Shown here: piece after piece, positions 24,942 through 28,122 of the stretch
Numbering within the stretch: the stretch's first letter is position 1
Layout: each line of letters begins with the position of its first letter
Source: a virus
Taxonomy: Duplodnaviria; Heunggongvirae; Uroviricota; Caudoviricetes
DNA: 28,122 bases
Strand: one strand, 5' to 3'
Virus record (IMG/VR): IMGVR_UViG_2974594660_000001
Coordinates: 64,001 to 92,122 of that record
Notes under the pieces: model-generated
The model's database searches: none
The model's input: the letters and a program-made list of their open reading frames with translations, nothing else
What the model was told of the DNA's origin: nothing
Position numbers and translations under genes: made by a program

Positions 24942-25230
24942 CCTGACCTCCTAACCCTCTTAGAGTGTCCCTGTGAGACCTGTAAGCTATATACTCTCTA
25001 GCTACTGGAAAAAGATTATTCTCCATCAGAGTATATTCTACGACTTCATGCATTTCAGGAATTGTTATTGATTCATCATGAATCACTTTATCCTGTACTT
25101 GTAAAGACACTTGCAGTGCTTGATCAAAATCAGACTTACCTATTTTCTCTTGTGCAGATAGAATAGCATTTACTATTTTGTTGATATCAAAAGGTTGATT
25201 ACTTCCATCTCTTTTAATTACTACAACCAT
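24934..25230 (-). CDS. Stand-alone ATP-cone domain protein (98 aa)
   Basis: Start ATG 25230 (RBS GGAG). VIKRDGSNQPFDINKIVNAI...IPEMHEVVEYTLM...VAREYIAYR is the canonical ATP-cone pattern. Confidence 0.9.
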   Translation of the reverse strand: MVVVIKRDGSNQPFDINKIVNAILSAQEKIGKSDFDQALQVSLQVQDKVIHDESITIPEMHEVVEYTLMENNLFPVAREYIAYRSHRDTLRGLGGQDA

Positions 25231-25240
25231 CTTGATCTCC

Positions 25241-25705
25241 TTAGATACTAGATCTAACAAAATATGCATATTTACTTAGTTCAGCACAACAGTTTTCTAA
25301 CAAACTTTTTGTTATAGGATCTGTTTCATCTGAATTCAAATAGGCAATAGTTCTTTCACAAATTGCCTCAAGAGAGTTTAACAAATCTTGTTTCATCTCA
25401 CCAGCAGATGAGTCATGTTTACCCTCTGCAAACCAAGAATCTTCAATATATTTGCTTGCCCTTCCATCAACACACATTTGTAAAGCTCGCATACGTTCAG
25501 CGATTTCATCGGAACATCGAATTGCTTGTTTCTGCAAATCATCAAACATTTCATGTAAACCAGGGAATTCAGGCCCAGTTACATTCCAGTGATAATTTTT
25601 AGATTTGACATGCAGTAGTGTACAATTACCAACAAACTCTTGAAGGAAGTTTGAATTGGATTCACGTCTTAGTGATGGTCTTGAACGAATTATATCTCTA
25701 GCCAT
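25241..25705 (-). CDS. dps: Dps-family ferritin-like protein
   Basis: KNYHWNVTGPEF..LHEMFD...DEIAERMRAL, with ferroxidase His/His/Asp/Glu present. Confidence 0.9.
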   Translation of the reverse strand: MARDIIRSRPSLRRESNSNFLQEFVGNCTLLHVKSKNYHWNVTGPEFPGLHEMFDDLQKQAIRCSDEIAERMRALQMCVDGRASKYIEDSWFAEGKHDSSAGEMKQDLLNSLEAICERTIAYLNSDETDPITKSLLENCCAELSKYAYFVRSSI

Positions 25706-25989
25706 TATTTAATCTCCTTATTTCTGGTTGCCTCTAAATCCATGTTAACACCAACATTTCCCTCAATGTTAGCCCTAATCTGATCTGTAATAACAATCAT
25801 ATTAGTGGGTTTTGCTAGTGTTGTTCGATTTTCATCGATAACATTAATTCTTACTTTCATAGGAGTGGAATCAATGACAGATCCAATTTTCATTTTTTGA
25901 TTATATTTGCCATTACTCCAGACTACATAATCACCATACTTTAGTACACGATTTAACATGTCCCTATGTAAATAACCTAAAAGTGCCAT
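25705..25989 (-). CDS. Hypothetical protein (SH3-like beta pattern)
   Basis: LKYGDYVVW...KIGSVI..TPMKVRI; TAATG coupling to dps. Confidence 0.65.
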   Translation of the reverse strand: MALLGYLHRDMLNRVLKYGDYVVWSNGKYNQKMKIGSVIDSTPMKVRINVIDENRTTLAKPTNMIVITDQIRANIEGNVGVNMDLEATRNKEIK

Positions 25990-26006
25990 CCTTGGCCTCC
26001 TTATCT

Positions 26007-26264
26007 TTATAAACCTACGAATTTAGATAATTCATCTCGTGTCATTACGCCAGATTTAATACCCTTGGCTAAACCATCCACTGTGAAGATGAAAGTAGGA
26101 ACTGCTCGAATTCCTAGTTCACTAGCTTTCTTTAAACCATCTTCAGAATCAATAGCTATTTCTTCAAGTTTAATATCTGTGTCTTTCAATACATCTTCAA
26201 CTACAGGAGCCATAGCTTTACAAGGAGAACAATTATTGCTGTAAAATTTAATAAGTTTTTTCAA
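26007..26264 (-). CDS. Thioredoxin-family protein
   Basis: KFYSNNCSPCKAMAP, GIRAVPTF (cis-Pro) and G...GV. TTG start with GAGG RBS. Confidence 0.9.
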   Translation of the reverse strand: MKKLIKFYSNNCSPCKAMAPVVEDVLKDTDIKLEEIAIDSEDGLKKASELGIRAVPTFIFTVDGLAKGIKSGVMTRDELSKFVGL

Positions 26265-26276
26265 AGTTATACCCTC

Positions 26277-26300
26277 AATAAAAACCCCCGAAGGGGTTAT
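26277..26300 (-). terminator. Intrinsic terminator with UUCG loop
   Basis: Minus strand reads AACCCC-TTCG-GGGGTT followed by TTATT. Confidence 0.8.
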
Positions 26301-26301
26301 T

Positions 26302-26916
26302 TTAAATTAATTCAGTTGTGTGACCAATCCCAGTGAAAGCTTTTGTAGCCCCTTTTTGACCATTATAGTTACCTTTTACTGCATAACTATCTTCATCATC
26401 TACTGGCTCATGTTCAAAGAAGACAATTTGTCCAATTCTCATATTTGGCTTTAACAGTAAACGATGGTATTTTAGTTCATTCTTGAACTCCATTGTTAGT
26501 TGAGCTCCATGCCACCCTGCATCACACCAACCTGCTAGCATATGTTGTAAACCACAACGAGCTACAGAGGATCGTAACTTAAACTCACATGAAATATTAT
26601 TCGGTAAATTAAAAGTTTCAATGGTGTGTGCCAAGAAGAAATCACCTGGGTGAATAATCAAACCCTCTTCTGGGATTTCAACTTCTTTGAATTCTGGAGA
26701 CTTCTTATTATCCATGTCAATTGGAGCTAATCGAATAGTATCTTTGTATAAAGTCATACCTGTTGTAGTAACAGCTTCTATTACTTCAGGAGCTTCGATT
26801 AAAATTTTATTACCAATTCTGATATCTAAAGATGAACTATTTACATTTTCATGTAAACCATCAATTACTCCATCATCAATCAGTTTATGGATTTGTTTTG
26901 AAGATAATAATGACAT
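26302..26916 (-). CDS. dcd: dCTP deaminase
   Basis: NSSSLDIRIG, HPGDFFLA.T.E.F.LP, RSSVAR.G, AGWCDAGW.G.LTMEF, RIGQIVF and Y.GQ. Confidence 0.92.
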   Translation of the reverse strand: MSLLSSKQIHKLIDDGVIDGLHENVNSSSLDIRIGNKILIEAPEVIEAVTTTGMTLYKDTIRLAPIDMDNKKSPEFKEVEIPEEGLIIHPGDFFLAHTIETFNLPNNISCEFKLRSSVARCGLQHMLAGWCDAGWHGAQLTMEFKNELKYHRLLLKPNMRIGQIVFFEHEPVDDEDSYAVKGNYNGQKGATKAFTGIGHTTELI

Positions 26917-26941
26917 TAAAAATTCCTTTATAGTAATGTTA

Positions 26942-26955
26942 ACATAATATATTAG
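26942..26955 (-). promoter_or_regulatory. Candidate phage-sigma promoter element, copy 2
   Basis: Minus strand CTAATATATTATGT, overlapping the palindrome ATGTTAACAT (26936-26945), upstream of dcd. Confidence 0.5.
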
Positions 26956-26985
26956 TGTTAATAATAGGATACCCTTACAGATATC

Positions 26986-27504
26986 CTACTTAAACATATC
27001 TTCGATCATATGGTAATCGAATAGACTTCTTGGTGGGTCTTTTGGATCAAAACCAGCCAGTTCACAAAGATGTAAATATAACCTTTCGGTAACTTCAACA
27101 TCTCGTTCACAATAAACAAACATTTCCTCATCAAAGACTTCCCATTGTTCTGGGTTATCTTTTCCGTACTCCATTTTATTAATACCTAAAACCTTACCCC
27201 AAGAATCTAATGAGTGTCCTTGGATTCTATCAGGCTCTAACATCCTAGATAGAACTAAAGTATCAAAAATTGGAGGAGGGTTAAATTTCGTATTAAGTTT
27301 CTTTATTGCAGAAAAGTCATAGTCGATACCGTTGTGTAATACTGCCAAATCATACTTAGACAAATCATCACAGTAGTCAGAGAATTGGTCAGGTCTGTAA
27401 CCTTTCCTCTCCCCTGATAGTGGATCAATAATCCAAGCACAGTGAAACTTATCCACTGTGTCGAATAAACCGTTTGCTTCTATATCAGTCACAGCAATTC
27501 GCAT
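26986..27504 (-). CDS. 3'-5' proofreading exonuclease domain of the split family A DNA polymerase
   Basis: ExoI TDIEANG, ExoII HNGIDYD and ExoIII YCERDV, plus DTLVLSR and HSLDSWG. The ATG at 27504 fits RBS AAGGAG. Confidence 0.92.
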   Translation of the reverse strand: MRIAVTDIEANGLFDTVDKFHCAWIIDPLSGERKGYRPDQFSDYCDDLSKYDLAVLHNGIDYDFSAIKKLNTKFNPPPIFDTLVLSRMLEPDRIQGHSLDSWGKVLGINKMEYGKDNPEQWEVFDEEMFVYCERDVEVTERLYLHLCELAGFDPKDPPRSLFDYHMIEDMFK

Positions 27505-27513
27505 ATTCACTCC

Positions 27514-28113
27514 TTAGAAAGGTTTTGCTGATGAGTCACCATCAGGTGTATAACCACTATCACTTTCTGATTCATAACCAGGAAGTTCAAACGGATGTTC
27601 AGGATCATACTCATCATCAGTTCGTTGCCTCAACCTGCCAGTGACAGGATTATATATAGTTGGTATAACACCTGTTTGACCAAAGTTACGTTCTTTCAAC
27701 AATCTGATTTGTGATAGATTTTTACAATCACCCTCACCTTGCTTATTCCTTTCAAAACCAAGAATAACTTGGGAGAATCTCATAAGGGCACGTGATCCAG
27801 TAAACTGAACCTCTTGAACCTGACCACCCTCTTCATGTGGAGCGCCACCTTTTGGAGGATTTAAGTGACTGAAAATATATGCTGTAAAGTTTAATTCATT
27901 ACACATACCAGATAACTCTACACCAATCCTAGCAACCTCTGTATTAATCTCAGTGGCTGTTAAGTGTGATACCAGTGCTGTTATGTTATCTAGGAAAATA
28001 AACTTAACACCGTGCTCTACAACCCAGAACCTGATACATCTCTTAATATCTTCCCAGTCATTTTGACCGTAATTTCGATATAAGAAAAGATTACCGTCGT
28101 AAAATTTCAGATT
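27514..28113 (-). CDS. SF4 (T7 gp4 / DnaB-like) replicative helicase, C-terminal part, 5'-partial
   Basis: Frame open from 28113: IFLDNITAL (Walker B), IFSHL (H3), FTGSRA (H4), LLKERNFGQTG, then an acidic tail. A TAA lies in frame at 28116-28114. Confidence 0.9.
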   Translation of the reverse strand, partial: NLKFYDGNLFLYRNYGQNDWEDIKRCIRFWVVEHGVKFIFLDNITALVSHLTATEINTEVARIGVELSGMCNELNFTAYIFSHLNPPKGGAPHEEGGQVQEVQFTGSRALMRFSQVILGFERNKQGEGDCKNLSQIRLLKERNFGQTGVIPTIYNPVTGRLRQRTDDEYDPEHPFELPGYESESDSGYTPDGDSSAKPF

Positions 28114-28122
28114 TTAATAAAT

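Noticed and set aside
6835-26947. Plus-strand ORFs scattered through the leftward arm (for example 6835..7113, 14774..15058, 17123..17458, 24729..25001, 26687..26947)
   Set aside because: All lie antisense to well-supported minus-strand genes and show no recognisable motifs or RBS.
26917-26988. Read-through of the exonuclease TAG would fuse in frame to dcd via 23 open codons
   Set aside because: dcd has its own RBS (AAGGA) and ATG, the spacer holds a TAGGAT/ATCCTA hairpin and the promoter-like motif, and the linker translation is not protein-like. Likely coincidence.
1-28122. Genome-wide TAG recoding (alternative genetic code), suggested by the amber at 24338-24336
   Set aside because: Long genes (1530, 613, 612 aa) are intact under the standard code, and TAG ends genes at sensible domain boundaries (exonuclease, ATP cone).

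Overview
This is a 28-kb AT-rich segment of a lytic dsDNA phage genome. Gene content (ECF sigma factor, split T7-like family A polymerase, T7-like exonuclease, endonuclease I and helicase, giant internal virion proteins) resembles phiEco32-like or Grimontviridae-type podophages; this is inferred from gene content, not from a database search. Bases 1-5425 (+) encode two internal virion/ejection-type proteins. Bases 5439-28122 (-) form one long leftward replication, nucleotide-metabolism and lysis arm, punctuated by several intrinsic terminators. The two arms converge on a bidirectional terminator at about 5431-5450. I found no tRNA, rRNA or CRISPR array. The most notable observations are: (1) a SLOG / PnuC-like transporter / nucleoside-deoxyribosyltransferase-like cluster directly upstream of nrdD; (2) a cone-less NrdD plus a free-standing ATP-cone gene 14.5 kb away; (3) a Zn-finger HNH gene flanked by a 31-nt imperfect duplication of RBS+MPSSP, with an in-frame amber in the downstream gene; (4) a DNA polymerase split around a 5.3-kb block containing thioredoxin and Dps; (5) a 32-bp and a 14-bp dispersed intergenic repeat; (6) a stop codon in the helicase frame at the right window edge.
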